Source: Pirellulales bacterium
Lineage (GTDB): Bacteria; Planctomycetota; Planctomycetia; Pirellulales; JAICIG01
Direction of reading: 5' to 3'
DNA length: 64,000 nucleotides
NCBI GenBank assembly: GCA_040901675.1
Contig: JBBDYJ010000029.1
Coordinates: 51,929 to 115,928, forward strand
The notes beneath the pieces were generated by a model. It was given only the letters and a program-made list of their open reading frames with translations, searched no databases and was not told the origin of the DNA. The position numbers and the translations under genes are program-made. Every line of letters begins with the position of its first letter. The stretch's first letter is position 1. Below are positions 28,489 to 37,480 of the stretch, piece by piece.

Positions 28489-28547
28489 GGCCCGCCGAGT
28501 CGCAGGGACCACTCGGCGACCAATAAAGAGAAGAGTCGGAGAGAGCG

Positions 28548-30041
28548 ATGCAAAGCGCAAGCGATGGCGGTCGGATCGAGCCGGCTCGGCGGCTGCCGGG
28601 CGCTACCCCGTGCGGCCGCACCCGCCGCGAATTCATCTGGCAGGCCGGCGGCGGTTTTGTCGGGACGGCCTTGACCTGGCTGCTGGCGCAGGACGGCTTT
28701 TTCGTCCAGCGGGCCGGCGCCCAGGAAGCGAACCCTACGGGGCCGCTGGCGCCCAAGGCGCCGCACTTTGCCCCCCGGGCCAAGGCCTGCATTTTCCTGT
28801 TCATGTACGGCGGCCCCAGCCAGGTCGACCTGTTCGATCCCAAGCCCGAGCTGACCCGCCGGCACGGCCAGCCGATACCCAACTTGGATGCCGACCCGCT
28901 GTTCAAGGTGCGGAATCCCGGCACCCTGCTGGGCAGCTCGCATCCGTTCAGCAAGCACGGCGAGTCGGGCGTCGAGGTGTCCGACTTGTATCCGAAGCTG
29001 GCCGGCCGCATCGACGACGTCGCCGTGATCCGCTCCTGCTATGCCGACAGCTTCGCCCATGGATCCGGGCTGTTGCAGATGAACACCGGGTTCATCAGGC
29101 AGGGATATCCGAGCTTGGGATCGTGGGTCACGTACGGGCTGGGCACGCCGAACCAGAACCTGCCGGCCTACGTCGTGTTTCTCGACCACCGTGGCGGCCC
29201 GATCGGCGGAGCGCCCAACTGGGGCGCCGGCTTCATGCCGGCCACGTACCAAGGCACGCAGTTTCGCACGGCCGGCGACCCGGTCATCGATCTGACTCCG
29301 CCCGCTGGCATCAGCCGCGCGCAGCAGCGCGGGCAGCTCGACCTGCTGCGGCAGCTCGGCGAGCTGGACACTGGGGCGGTGGCCCGGCACGGCGAGCTGG
29401 CGGCGCGGCTCGACACGTACGAGCTGGCCTTCCGCATGCAGTCGCACGCGCCCGACGCCGTCGATCTTTCGCGGGAGACGGTTCACACGCGCCTCGCCTA
29501 CGGGCTCGACAACCCGATGACCGAGCGGTTCGGCACGCGGGCGCTGATGGCCCGCCGCCTGGTCGAGCGGGGCGTGCGGTTCGTGCAGGTCTATTCCGGC
29601 GGCGGCCACAACGACGAGAACTGGGACGCCCACACCGACGTGAACAAGAATCATGAGTTGCACTGCGGCGAGACCGACCAGCCCATCGCGGCCCTGCTGA
29701 CCGATCTCAAGCAACGCGGCCTCCTCGATGAAACGTTGGTGGTCTGGGGTGGAGAGTTCGGCCGCACTCCGACCGGGCAGAACGGGGCCGGACGCGATCA
29801 CAATCCTCGCGGTTTCAGCATGTGGATGGCCGGCGGCGGGATCCAGGGGGGGCAGGCCTACGGGGCGACCGACGAGTTCGGCTTCGCCGCGGTCGAGAAC
29901 CGGGTCCACGTCCACGACCTGCACGCCACGATCCTGCACCTGATGGGCATGGACCACGAGAACCTGACCTACTTCCACAACAGCCGCGAGATGCGGCTGA
30001 CCGACGTCGAGGGGCGCATACTCCACGAGCTGATCGCCTAG
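28548..30041 (+). CDS. DUF1501 domain protein (Tat-exported)
   Basis: TRREF Tat motif; IFLFMYGGPSQVDLFDPK, RGVRFVQ, WDAH, GEFGRTP, GRDH, DLHATILH. Confidence 0.93.
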   Translation: MQSASDGGRIEPARRLPGATPCGRTRREFIWQAGGGFVGTALTWLLAQDGFFVQRAGAQEANPTGPLAPKAPHFAPRAKACIFLFMYGGPSQVDLFDPKPELTRRHGQPIPNLDADPLFKVRNPGTLLGSSHPFSKHGESGVEVSDLYPKLAGRIDDVAVIRSCYADSFAHGSGLLQMNTGFIRQGYPSLGSWVTYGLGTPNQNLPAYVVFLDHRGGPIGGAPNWGAGFMPATYQGTQFRTAGDPVIDLTPPAGISRAQQRGQLDLLRQLGELDTGAVARHGELAARLDTYELAFRMQSHAPDAVDLSRETVHTRLAYGLDNPMTERFGTRALMARRLVERGVRFVQVYSGGGHNDENWDAHTDVNKNHELHCGETDQPIAALLTDLKQRGLLDETLVVWGGEFGRTPTGQNGAGRDHNPRGFSMWMAGGGIQGGQAYGATDEFGFAAVENRVHVHDLHATILHLMGMDHENLTYFHNSREMRLTDVEGRILHELIA

Positions 30042-30077
30042 ACGCAACCGAAAAACTTCGAAAGATTCGAGCGAGCT

Positions 30078-30111
30078 GGGTGGCTGGGGCAAAGCGATAA
30101 GCGTGCCCCAG
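30078..30111 (+). repeat. REP-like palindrome, dispersed copy
   Basis: GGGTGGCTGGGGCAAAGCGATAAGCGTGCCCCAG; identical to the reverse complement of 45990-46023. Confidence 0.9.
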
Positions 30112-30211
30112 TTGCGATGTGAGGAAATTATTCTTTCGGCCGATTCCTAGCCCATCCAACCCCCGCGCGCCGCGGACATCACCAGCGCGCCTACGCCACA
30201 AGGAGTAACAC

Positions 30212-31540
30212 GTGCTGCGAGAAACAACCCGGCGGAAGTTCCTGCAACAATCGACGGAAGCGGCGGCCCTGGCGGCCGCGGTTTCGACGCTGGGAGGCGT
30301 ACACGCCTTCGGCGCCGAGGAGCCGCCGGTGGTCCGGCTGGGGATCATCGGCTGCGGCGGGATCATGGGGCATCACGTGCAAGGTCTCGTCAGCCGAGGC
30401 GAGGCGGTTTCGTTTGCCTGGTTGTGCGACGTCGATCCGCGGCAGATCGACAAGACGGCCGCACTTGTCTCGGGTTTCCAGTCCGCGCCGCCGAAGCGCA
30501 CTTCGCGTTACGAAGAAGTGGTCGAAGACGCGGACGTCGACGCCTGCATCATCGCCACGCCGCACCATTGGCATGCCCCGATCGCCCTGCGAGCGATGCA
30601 GGAGGGAAAAGACGTCTACGTCGAGAAGCCGATCTCGCACGTCTATAACGAGGGGCCGCTGGTCATTGAGGCTGCCAAGAAGTATGGCCGCGTGGTGCAG
30701 CATGGCAGCCAGATGCGCAGCAGCCCGGTGACCGAAAAGGCGGGCCGGCTCTTGAAGGAAGGGATCCTCGGCGAGGTGAAGGTGGCCCGGGCCTGGACGG
30801 CCGAGGTGCGCAGCGAGGCGAAGCCGCTGCCCGACGGCGTGCCGCCCGAGGGTGTTGACTACGACCGCTGGCTGGGTCCCGCGCCCGCGCGCCCCTTCAA
30901 CCCGCACCGTTTTCACGGCAGTTGGCGGATGTTCCGCGACTACGGCAACGGCGAGATCGGCGACGACGGCATCCACGACCTCGACATGGCCGCCTGGGGA
31001 TTGGGCGTCGACACGCTGCCCAAGCAAATCACGGCCCGCGGCGGGCGGATGATGCTTGTGGACCATGCCAGCGAGTATCCCGACAGCATGAACGTGGCCT
31101 ACGAGTATCCCGACGGCCGGCTGTTGATCTACGAGAACTACCCGTTCACCGCCTACGGGCTGCACGGTTTCGACAACGGCAACGTGTTCTACGGCACGGA
31201 AGGCTACATGATCTTCTCGCGCCGCGGCGCCTTCAGCGTCTTTCTGGGTCCGAAGGGGACTCCCGGTCCGACCGAGGGGAAAGAGCTGCGTGGCAAGACC
31301 GGTTACCCCGAGCACATGGCCGATTTCCTCGACGCCGTCCGCCGGCGGACGCCGACCCGTTCGTCTCCCGAGATCGCCCATCGCAGTTGCGCGCTGGTCC
31401 ACTTGGGCGAGATCGCCTATCTGACGACCGGCCGAGTCGATTTTGATCCCCAGTCCCAGCAGTTCATCGACTGCGCCGAAGCCAACCAGTTGTTGACCAA
31501 GGCCTACCGCGAGCCGTATGGCCTGCCATACGTCGCGTGA
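30212..31540 (+). CDS. Gfo/Idh/MocA family oxidoreductase (Tat-exported)
   Basis: TRRKFL; GIIGCGG; ATPHHWH; VYVEKP; WLGPAP; AAGGAG before GTG start. Confidence 0.93.
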   Translation: MLRETTRRKFLQQSTEAAALAAAVSTLGGVHAFGAEEPPVVRLGIIGCGGIMGHHVQGLVSRGEAVSFAWLCDVDPRQIDKTAALVSGFQSAPPKRTSRYEEVVEDADVDACIIATPHHWHAPIALRAMQEGKDVYVEKPISHVYNEGPLVIEAAKKYGRVVQHGSQMRSSPVTEKAGRLLKEGILGEVKVARAWTAEVRSEAKPLPDGVPPEGVDYDRWLGPAPARPFNPHRFHGSWRMFRDYGNGEIGDDGIHDLDMAAWGLGVDTLPKQITARGGRMMLVDHASEYPDSMNVAYEYPDGRLLIYENYPFTAYGLHGFDNGNVFYGTEGYMIFSRRGAFSVFLGPKGTPGPTEGKELRGKTGYPEHMADFLDAVRRRTPTRSSPEIAHRSCALVHLGEIAYLTTGRVDFDPQSQQFIDCAEANQLLTKAYREPYGLPYVA

Positions 31541-31574
31541 GCCCTAGCGGACAGCGCCTGCGAAGGAGGCGATT

Positions 31575-31979
31575 GTGCAGTGCTTTGGCTGTAGACGGGA
31601 GAAGCCAGTTGGTGTACCACACTCGTTTGCGTTTCTATCATTTGGTGTTGTTGCAGGGTGTGACGACGACCGCGACGCAGCGGAGGTCAATGGTGATGGT
31701 GACAGTAGGATAGTGCATGAGTGTTATAGCCGAAGTCGTCTTGAAGGTATGGTCGCAGAGCTAACGATTGGCTGGCAGGACTATGAGGGCACCTGTTTTG
31801 GTACAGACTTTGATCGCAGCCACGAAAATTGTCCGAAGCCGGAGATTGTTCCGCTGCAGGTCGAGCTATACTTTTGCTCGACCGATTGTCTACGCATTTG
31901 GTTTCTGCGAGTTGTAGAAGACTTGGAGCATCGGATCAAAGACGGCGGCCCTTATTCCCGAGTCAATCCATCGTTCTGA
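31575..31979 (+). CDS. Hypothetical Cys-motif protein, atypical composition
   Basis: AAGGAGG RBS before GTG; CxxC at the N-terminus and LYFCSTDCL near the C-terminus; visibly more AT-rich. Confidence 0.65.
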   Translation: MQCFGCRREKPVGVPHSFAFLSFGVVAGCDDDRDAAEVNGDGDSRIVHECYSRSRLEGMVAELTIGWQDYEGTCFGTDFDRSHENCPKPEIVPLQVELYFCSTDCLRIWFLRVVEDLEHRIKDGGPYSRVNPSF

Positions 31980-32106
31980 GGCATTTGGTCAATTCGGGTC
32001 AGAGTTTAGTATGACGCCACTTCTGGCCATTCCACAAATCAAACAAGGTTTCAGGAACGGCCGAAGAGTAGCCTGGCAGAGCGGCAGGCAATAGAAGACC
32101 GCGTGT

Positions 32107-32165
32107 AACGTTCACCCGCCGCCGATGGCGGGCAGAAAGTGCACTTCGCTGGTTGGGCCGACCTT
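32107..32165 (-). repeat. Displaced duplicate of the moaD 3' end (direct repeat of 33164-33222)
   Basis: 56 of 59 nt match; translates KVGPTSEVHFLPAIGGG-stop. Confidence 0.92.
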
Positions 32166-32182
32166 TATGAGGGCGGATAAAA

Positions 32183-33052
32183 ATGAGACCGGCGAAGTAC
32201 GGACTTCGGAGGAGACGTGCGTTAGCGGGAATCCTGGCGGCAGGCGCGCTGGTTGCCCTGGGGCTCTTTGCATGGTCGCTCGTGAAGCCATACCGAATTC
32301 AGGACGATGCGGTTTCTACTATCCTTGCCGCTGACCCGCAGAGTATGGTAACCGTCGAGCCGGGGCTTCCGGCACATATTGCAAGAGCGGTCGGAGTAGA
32401 GATAGCCGAAAGAATCGTAGGCGTCGGAATCGGCTTCGGGGAAACTCCCGCCGACCTGAAGCGCTTGGAGGGCCCTTTGACATCGCTCCCATTTCTTCGA
32501 GAGTTTGACCTTTCCGGAGCCACGCTCGCAGACCGTGACATCGAGTTCATCGGCGGTCTTACGGCGCTTCGACAGCTAGGGCTGATAGACACAGACATTA
32601 CTGACCGGGCGCTAACGCGATTGGCGGGGCTTCGTGAACTCGATGTTCTCTACGTGGCTCGTAGCATTAATACTACAGATGCTGGTGCCGAGCTAATCGC
32701 AGAACAGTTTCCAGACCTTAAGGTCCTGGACCTTAGCGGCACACAAATAAGCGATGAAGGGATGAAGCACATCAGCAAACTGTCGTCGCTCGAAGTGCTG
32801 TCTTTGGGCAAGACGGATGTGTCGAGCGATGGAATGACGCACCTGGTGGATTTGCCGCGCTTACGCCTGCTGCGGCTTGACAGGACGAAGGTAGACGATT
32901 CGTGCGTTCCGTTTGTTCAGCGCATGGCCCATCTCCGATATCTTGATGTGTACGAGACGGAGATGACTGGACGAGGCGTTGACCGGCTTCGGAAGGCTCT
33001 TCCAAAGTGCAAGGTCTCTTACACGCGGAGCGAGGAAGAATTGACGCAATAG
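32183..33052 (+). CDS. Membrane-anchored leucine-rich repeat protein
   Basis: N-terminal TM helix; repeats of LxxLxLxxTxISDxGxxxL; ends LRKALPKCKV. Confidence 0.88.
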   Translation: MRPAKYGLRRRRALAGILAAGALVALGLFAWSLVKPYRIQDDAVSTILAADPQSMVTVEPGLPAHIARAVGVEIAERIVGVGIGFGETPADLKRLEGPLTSLPFLREFDLSGATLADRDIEFIGGLTALRQLGLIDTDITDRALTRLAGLRELDVLYVARSINTTDAGAELIAEQFPDLKVLDLSGTQISDEGMKHISKLSSLEVLSLGKTDVSSDGMTHLVDLPRLRLLRLDRTKVDDSCVPFVQRMAHLRYLDVYETEMTGRGVDRLRKALPKCKVSYTRSEEELTQ

Positions 33053-33168
33053 CGAAGACGGATAAAAACAATTCGGTTTGACGGCCGCCCCCCGACCGCC
33101 CATCTGTGGTCGTGTCCAGGCTCCGCTGGCCCCCAGTAGTGGCGAGACGGAGTGGCTCGTTTCAACGT

Positions 33169-33432
33169 TCAGCCGCCGCCGATGGCGGGTAGAAAGTGCA
33201 CTTCGCTGGCTGGGCCGACCTTGGCGAGCAGGCCGCGGTTGGTGAAGCTGCCGTCAATCGAGACGGCCAGGCCGGGCGCCAGCGCGTCTCCCTTCCTTAG
33301 GCGCTGCCCCAAGCCGGGATGGGCGGCGTCCAGGGCGGCGATCACTTCGCCCAGCGTGCTCCCCTCGACCGCCACCAGCGCGGCACCGCCTGAAAGCGTC
33401 CGCAACTGGGCCGGGATGTGAACGGTCGCCAT
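33169..33432 (-). CDS. moaD: MoaD/ThiS family sulfur carrier
   Basis: MATVHIPAQLR...VEGSTLGEVI...HFLPAIGGG; beta-grasp fold with C-terminal GG; ATG at 33432. Confidence 0.88.
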   Translation of the reverse strand: MATVHIPAQLRTLSGGAALVAVEGSTLGEVIAALDAAHPGLGQRLRKGDALAPGLAVSIDGSFTNRGLLAKVGPASEVHFLPAIGGG

Positions 33433-33443
33433 GAAACGATCGG

Positions 33444-35777
33444 CTATTGCCTGGCTGCCAGGGCGGCCCAGACCTTGGGCGGCGACATCGGCAGCTCGCG
33501 CATCCGCAGGCCCGTGGCCTGGTAGATGGCGTTGGCCAGCGCCGCCGGCGGAGACACGATCGGCGTCTCGCCGACGCCCCGCACTCCGTAGGGATGGGCC
33601 GGGTTGGGAACCTCGACAATCTGCGTGTCGATCATCGGCAGGTCCAAGGACGTCGGCATCCGGTAGTCGAGGTAGCTGGCGTTGCGCATCCGGGATTGGT
33701 CGTCGTAGAAATACTCTTCGTTCAAGGCCCAGCCGATCCCCTGCACCGTGCCCCCCTGCATTTGGCCTTCGACATAGCTGGGATGGATCGCCTTGCCGGC
33801 GTCCTGGATCGCCGTGTAACGCAGGATCGTCACCTTGCCCGTCTCCGGATCGACCTCGACGTCGACGATGTTCGTACCGAAACCGTTGGTGGGCCCTGCG
33901 GGGTCGACGCTGGCACGCCCGACGACCGGGCCGCCCAGCTCGTTCAGCTTGCCGGCCAGCTCCTTGAAACCGATCGACTGGTCGCCGTGGCGGAAGACCC
34001 CGTCGTCCAAGGCGACTTCTGACGCTTGGCAGTCCCAGAGCGTGGCTGCCCGCTCGGTCATCTGGCGGAGGATGTCGAGACCCACGTGGTAGGCGGCCAG
34101 GCCGGTGGCGAACGTCACGCGGCTGCCGCCGGTCACGTCGGTATAGCCCACGCTGTCGGTGTCGGCCACGCGGGGGTGTACGTCCTCGGCCGCGATCGAG
34201 AGCGTCTCGGCCAACTGCATGGCCACGCTGGTGCGCGTGCCGCCGATGTCGGTCGAGCCTTCGATCAACGTCACCGTGCCGTCCGGGTTGACGCTGGCCG
34301 AGGCGCTGCTCTTCAGACCAATGTTGAACCAGAAGCCGGCCGCCACGCCGCGGCCGCGGTTCTCGCCCTCCAGCGGCGCATTGTAGTGCGGATGGTTGCG
34401 GGTGGCTTCGAGCACTTCGACCAGCCCGATCCGCGGATAATCGGGCCAGCCCACGCGCTTGGTGCCTTCCTTGGCCGCATTGCGCAGCCGGAACTCGATC
34501 GGGTCCAGGCCCAGCCGCTGGGCCATCTCGTCGACGACCTGCTCGGCGGCAAAGGCGGCCTGGGTGGCGCCGGGGGCCCGGTAGGCGGCCGTCTTGGGCT
34601 TGTTGAGGACCACGTCGTACCCTTCGACGCGGTAGTTGGGGATGTCGTAGCAACTGAAGACGCACATGCAGCCGGGGCCGATCATCCCGCCCGGATACGC
34701 GCCCGCGTCGTAGGCCAGCCAGGCCTGCCCGGCCACGATGCGGCCGTCGAGCTTGGCGCCCAGCTTCACCCGCACGAACGAGCCGGGCGTGGGGCCGGTG
34801 CCCTCGAAGCAGTCGGCCCGGCTCATCGAGATCTTGACGGGGCGGCCGCACTTGCGGCTCAACAGGGCGCAGACCGGTTCGAGGTACACGGGAATCTTGC
34901 CGCCGAATCCGCCGCCGATCTCGCAAGGAACGACCGTCACCTGCGAGACAGGAATCTGCAAAAGCTCGGCCGTTTGCTGGCGGGCCGTGAAGGCGCCCTG
35001 CGTCGAGGTCCAGATCGTCAGGTGGTTGTCGTGGTTCCACAGCGCCGTCGAGACGTGCGGCTCGATGTATCCCTGGTGGACGCTGGCGGTTTTGAACTCG
35101 CGCTCGATGACTTCGTCGGCCTCGGCGAAGCCGCGCTCGATGTCGCCCGCCTCGAACAAAAGGTACTTGCTGACGTTGCTCGGCCCGTCGCTCACCCGCT
35201 GGTTGACCATGTCTTCGGTATAGACGTTGTCGTGCAACAGCGGCGCATCGGGCTTCATGGCGTCGAGCACCCAGGTCACGGCCGGCAGCGGCTCGTACTC
35301 GACGCGGATCAGCGTCAGCGCCTCCTCGGCCAGGTTGGCATCGGCCGCCGCCACCGCGGCGACTGCGTGCCCCTTGTAGAGCACCTTGCCGTGGGCCAGC
35401 ACGTTGCCGCCCAGGTGGGCCAGGTTGACGCGCCCCTCGCCCAGGTCGGCAATCTTGTCCTGCAGGTCCGGCAGGTCGGCGGACGTGACGACCGCATACA
35501 CGCCCGGCAGCTTCTCGGCCGCCTTGGTGTCGATCGACTTGATGCGCGCGTGGGCGTGCGGGCTGCGCAGCACCTTGCCGTGGACCAGGCCGCTCAAGCG
35601 CACGTCGTTGCCGTAGATGGCCCGCCCCGTGACCTTGTCGGCGCCGTCGTGGCGGATGGGCCGCGTGCCGATCACTTTGTACGTTCGGCCGTTGCCGTTG
35701 TCGCCGGCCTTGGTTGAGGAGTCGGTTGGGGACTTGTCGGCGGGGGACTGGGATTCGGGGCGCGTATCAATTGCCAT
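33444..35777 (-). CDS. Xanthine dehydrogenase family molybdopterin-binding large subunit
   Basis: KVTGRAIY, LRSPHAHARI, GGGFGGK, AYRAPG, EGQMQGG, GVGE. Confidence 0.93.
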   Translation of the reverse strand: MAIDTRPESQSPADKSPTDSSTKAGDNGNGRTYKVIGTRPIRHDGADKVTGRAIYGNDVRLSGLVHGKVLRSPHAHARIKSIDTKAAEKLPGVYAVVTSADLPDLQDKIADLGEGRVNLAHLGGNVLAHGKVLYKGHAVAAVAAADANLAEEALTLIRVEYEPLPAVTWVLDAMKPDAPLLHDNVYTEDMVNQRVSDGPSNVSKYLLFEAGDIERGFAEADEVIEREFKTASVHQGYIEPHVSTALWNHDNHLTIWTSTQGAFTARQQTAELLQIPVSQVTVVPCEIGGGFGGKIPVYLEPVCALLSRKCGRPVKISMSRADCFEGTGPTPGSFVRVKLGAKLDGRIVAGQAWLAYDAGAYPGGMIGPGCMCVFSCYDIPNYRVEGYDVVLNKPKTAAYRAPGATQAAFAAEQVVDEMAQRLGLDPIEFRLRNAAKEGTKRVGWPDYPRIGLVEVLEATRNHPHYNAPLEGENRGRGVAAGFWFNIGLKSSASASVNPDGTVTLIEGSTDIGGTRTSVAMQLAETLSIAAEDVHPRVADTDSVGYTDVTGGSRVTFATGLAAYHVGLDILRQMTERAATLWDCQASEVALDDGVFRHGDQSIGFKELAGKLNELGGPVVGRASVDPAGPTNGFGTNIVDVEVDPETGKVTILRYTAIQDAGKAIHPSYVEGQMQGGTVQGIGWALNEEYFYDDQSRMRNASYLDYRMPTSLDLPMIDTQIVEVPNPAHPYGVRGVGETPIVSPPAALANAIYQATGLRMRELPMSPPKVWAALAARQ

Positions 35778-36262
35778 CAGCTCTTCACCTCCTCAAGGGT
35801 CTTGGCGGCATCCTGGACCGCGCGGACGATCTTGTCGTAGCCGGTGCAGCGGCAGAGGTTGCCCGCCAGCTCAAAGCGGATTTCCTGCTCGCTCGGATTG
35901 GGATTGCGATCCAAAAGGGCCTTGGCGGCCACGATGAACCCCGGCGTGCAGATGCCGCACTGCAAGGCGGCGTCTTCCAGGAAGCATTGCTGGATGGGGT
36001 GCAGCCGCCCGTTGCCGGCGATGCCTTCGATGGTGGTGATCGACGCCCCCTCGGCCTCCACGGCCAGCACCAGGCAGCTATTGACCGGCAGGCCGTCCAT
36101 GAGCACCGTGCAGGCGCCGCAGTTGCCGTTGTTGCAGCCTTCCTTGGAGCCGGTGAGCCCCAGCGTGTCGCGGAGCACTTCCAGCAGGCTGTGACGGTTT
36201 TCGCAGAGCACCTCGACGGATTCGCCGTTGACGGTCGCGGAGAGGCGGGCTTTCTTCGGCAC
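35777..36262 (-). CDS. (2Fe-2S) small subunit (CoxS/CutS-like)
   Basis: GCNNGNCGACTV...SC; QCGICTPG; NLCRCTGY. Confidence 0.94.
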   Translation of the reverse strand: MPKKARLSATVNGESVEVLCENRHSLLEVLRDTLGLTGSKEGCNNGNCGACTVLMDGLPVNSCLVLAVEAEGASITTIEGIAGNGRLHPIQQCFLEDAALQCGICTPGFIVAAKALLDRNPNPSEQEIRFELAGNLCRCTGYDKIVRAVQDAAKTLEEVKS

Positions 36263-36310
36263 CTTGAGTTCCTTGGGAGTTGCTGATTGGCGCTGTCTCT
36301 TCCATCGCCG

Positions 36311-37189
36311 TCACGCCGGACGGCCGGCCCGCTCGGCCGCGGTGGCCAGCGCCCGGCGGGTCAACACGCCGATCAGGTGAACGCGATAGTCGGCCGGCCC
36401 GCGCATGTCGGTGATCGGTTTGGCTACCAGGCGGGCACGGTCGCCGGCTTCGGCAAACGATTCGTCGGTGGCCGGCTTGCCGGCCAGCCAGGCGGCCGCT
36501 TCGACGGCTTCGACCGGAGTGGGGGCCACGGCGGCCAAGGCGATCCGTGCTTCTTCGACCTTGTCGTGGGCCGAATTCAGCCGCAGCCAGGCGCCTGCCC
36601 CCACCACGGCGATGTCCATCTCGTTGCGGGGAATGAACCGCAGATAGCGCGAGCTCGCGTGGGGCTGCGGCGGCGGCAGCTCGATCGACACCAGGAATTC
36701 GCCGGCCTCCAGCACGTTGCGTCCCGGCGCGGTGCAGAACCCGGCCACCTTGACCGAGCGCCTGCCGGAGGGCCCGGCAATCTGGCACACGGCGTCGTGG
36801 GCGATCAGGGCGGGGATCGAGTCGGCGGCCGGCGACGAGTTGCACAGGTTGCCGCCGATGCTGGCGCGCGTCTGGATCTGCCAGCCGCCGATGATGCGGG
36901 CCGCATCGGCCAGCGCCGGGTAGGCCGCCGCGATGGTCCGGTCCTCATACAGGCGATAGCAAGGCACGGCGGCTCCCAGCCGCAGGCCCCGCTTGGGGTC
37001 GAACGACAGCTCGGTCAGCTCGGGGATTTTCTTGACGTCGAGCACCAGGTCGGCCTCGCGCAGCCCCTCGCGCAGTTGGACCAACAGGTCGGTGCCGCCG
37101 GCCAGGACCTTGGCCCGCTGGGGCCGGGATGCCAACAAACCGACCGCCTCATCGACGGTGGTGGCACTCGCGTATTCGAAGTCTTTCAA
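36311..37189 (-). CDS. FAD-binding medium subunit (CoxM/CutM-like)
   Basis: LAGGTDL, ASIGGNLCNSSPAAD, DMRGPADYR; start taken as TTG 37189. Confidence 0.92.
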   Translation of the reverse strand: MKDFEYASATTVDEAVGLLASRPQRAKVLAGGTDLLVQLREGLREADLVLDVKKIPELTELSFDPKRGLRLGAAVPCYRLYEDRTIAAAYPALADAARIIGGWQIQTRASIGGNLCNSSPAADSIPALIAHDAVCQIAGPSGRRSVKVAGFCTAPGRNVLEAGEFLVSIELPPPQPHASSRYLRFIPRNEMDIAVVGAGAWLRLNSAHDKVEEARIALAAVAPTPVEAVEAAAWLAGKPATDESFAEAGDRARLVAKPITDMRGPADYRVHLIGVLTRRALATAAERAGRPA

Positions 37190-37252
37190 GGCAGGTAGGT
37201 CTCGAAGGGGTGGTCGGAGGGCCCGATCGGGCGCTCGGGCCGGCAAGACGCA

Positions 37253-37282
37253 ATTCTGCGGCCTGCGGTAGGGTGCTGTCAA
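37253..37282 (-). promoter_or_regulatory. Putative sigma70 promoter of the molybdoenzyme operon
   Basis: Minus strand TTGACA-N18-CAGAAT about 65 nt upstream of the start. Confidence 0.45.
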
Positions 37283-37480
37283 GCGCGCGGCACTTGGGCT
37301 GTCATTGGGCAGACAGCAACGGTCCTCGCCTCCATGGCCGCCAACCCGGCACAACGCTGGCGATTGCACGGGCAGAGGGATAGAATTGAGGTGATGGCTT
37401 ATCGCTGAGCCGGCCGGGCGCGCCCACGGCGGGCGGCCCGGAAGAACCGCTCAATCATCCTTTCGACCAGGAGGTGTCTT

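Noticed and set aside
33444..37189. Aerobic CO dehydrogenase coxMSL
   Set aside because: The large subunit lacks the AYxCSFR Cu-binding loop (it has AYRAPG) and no coxDEFG genes are present.
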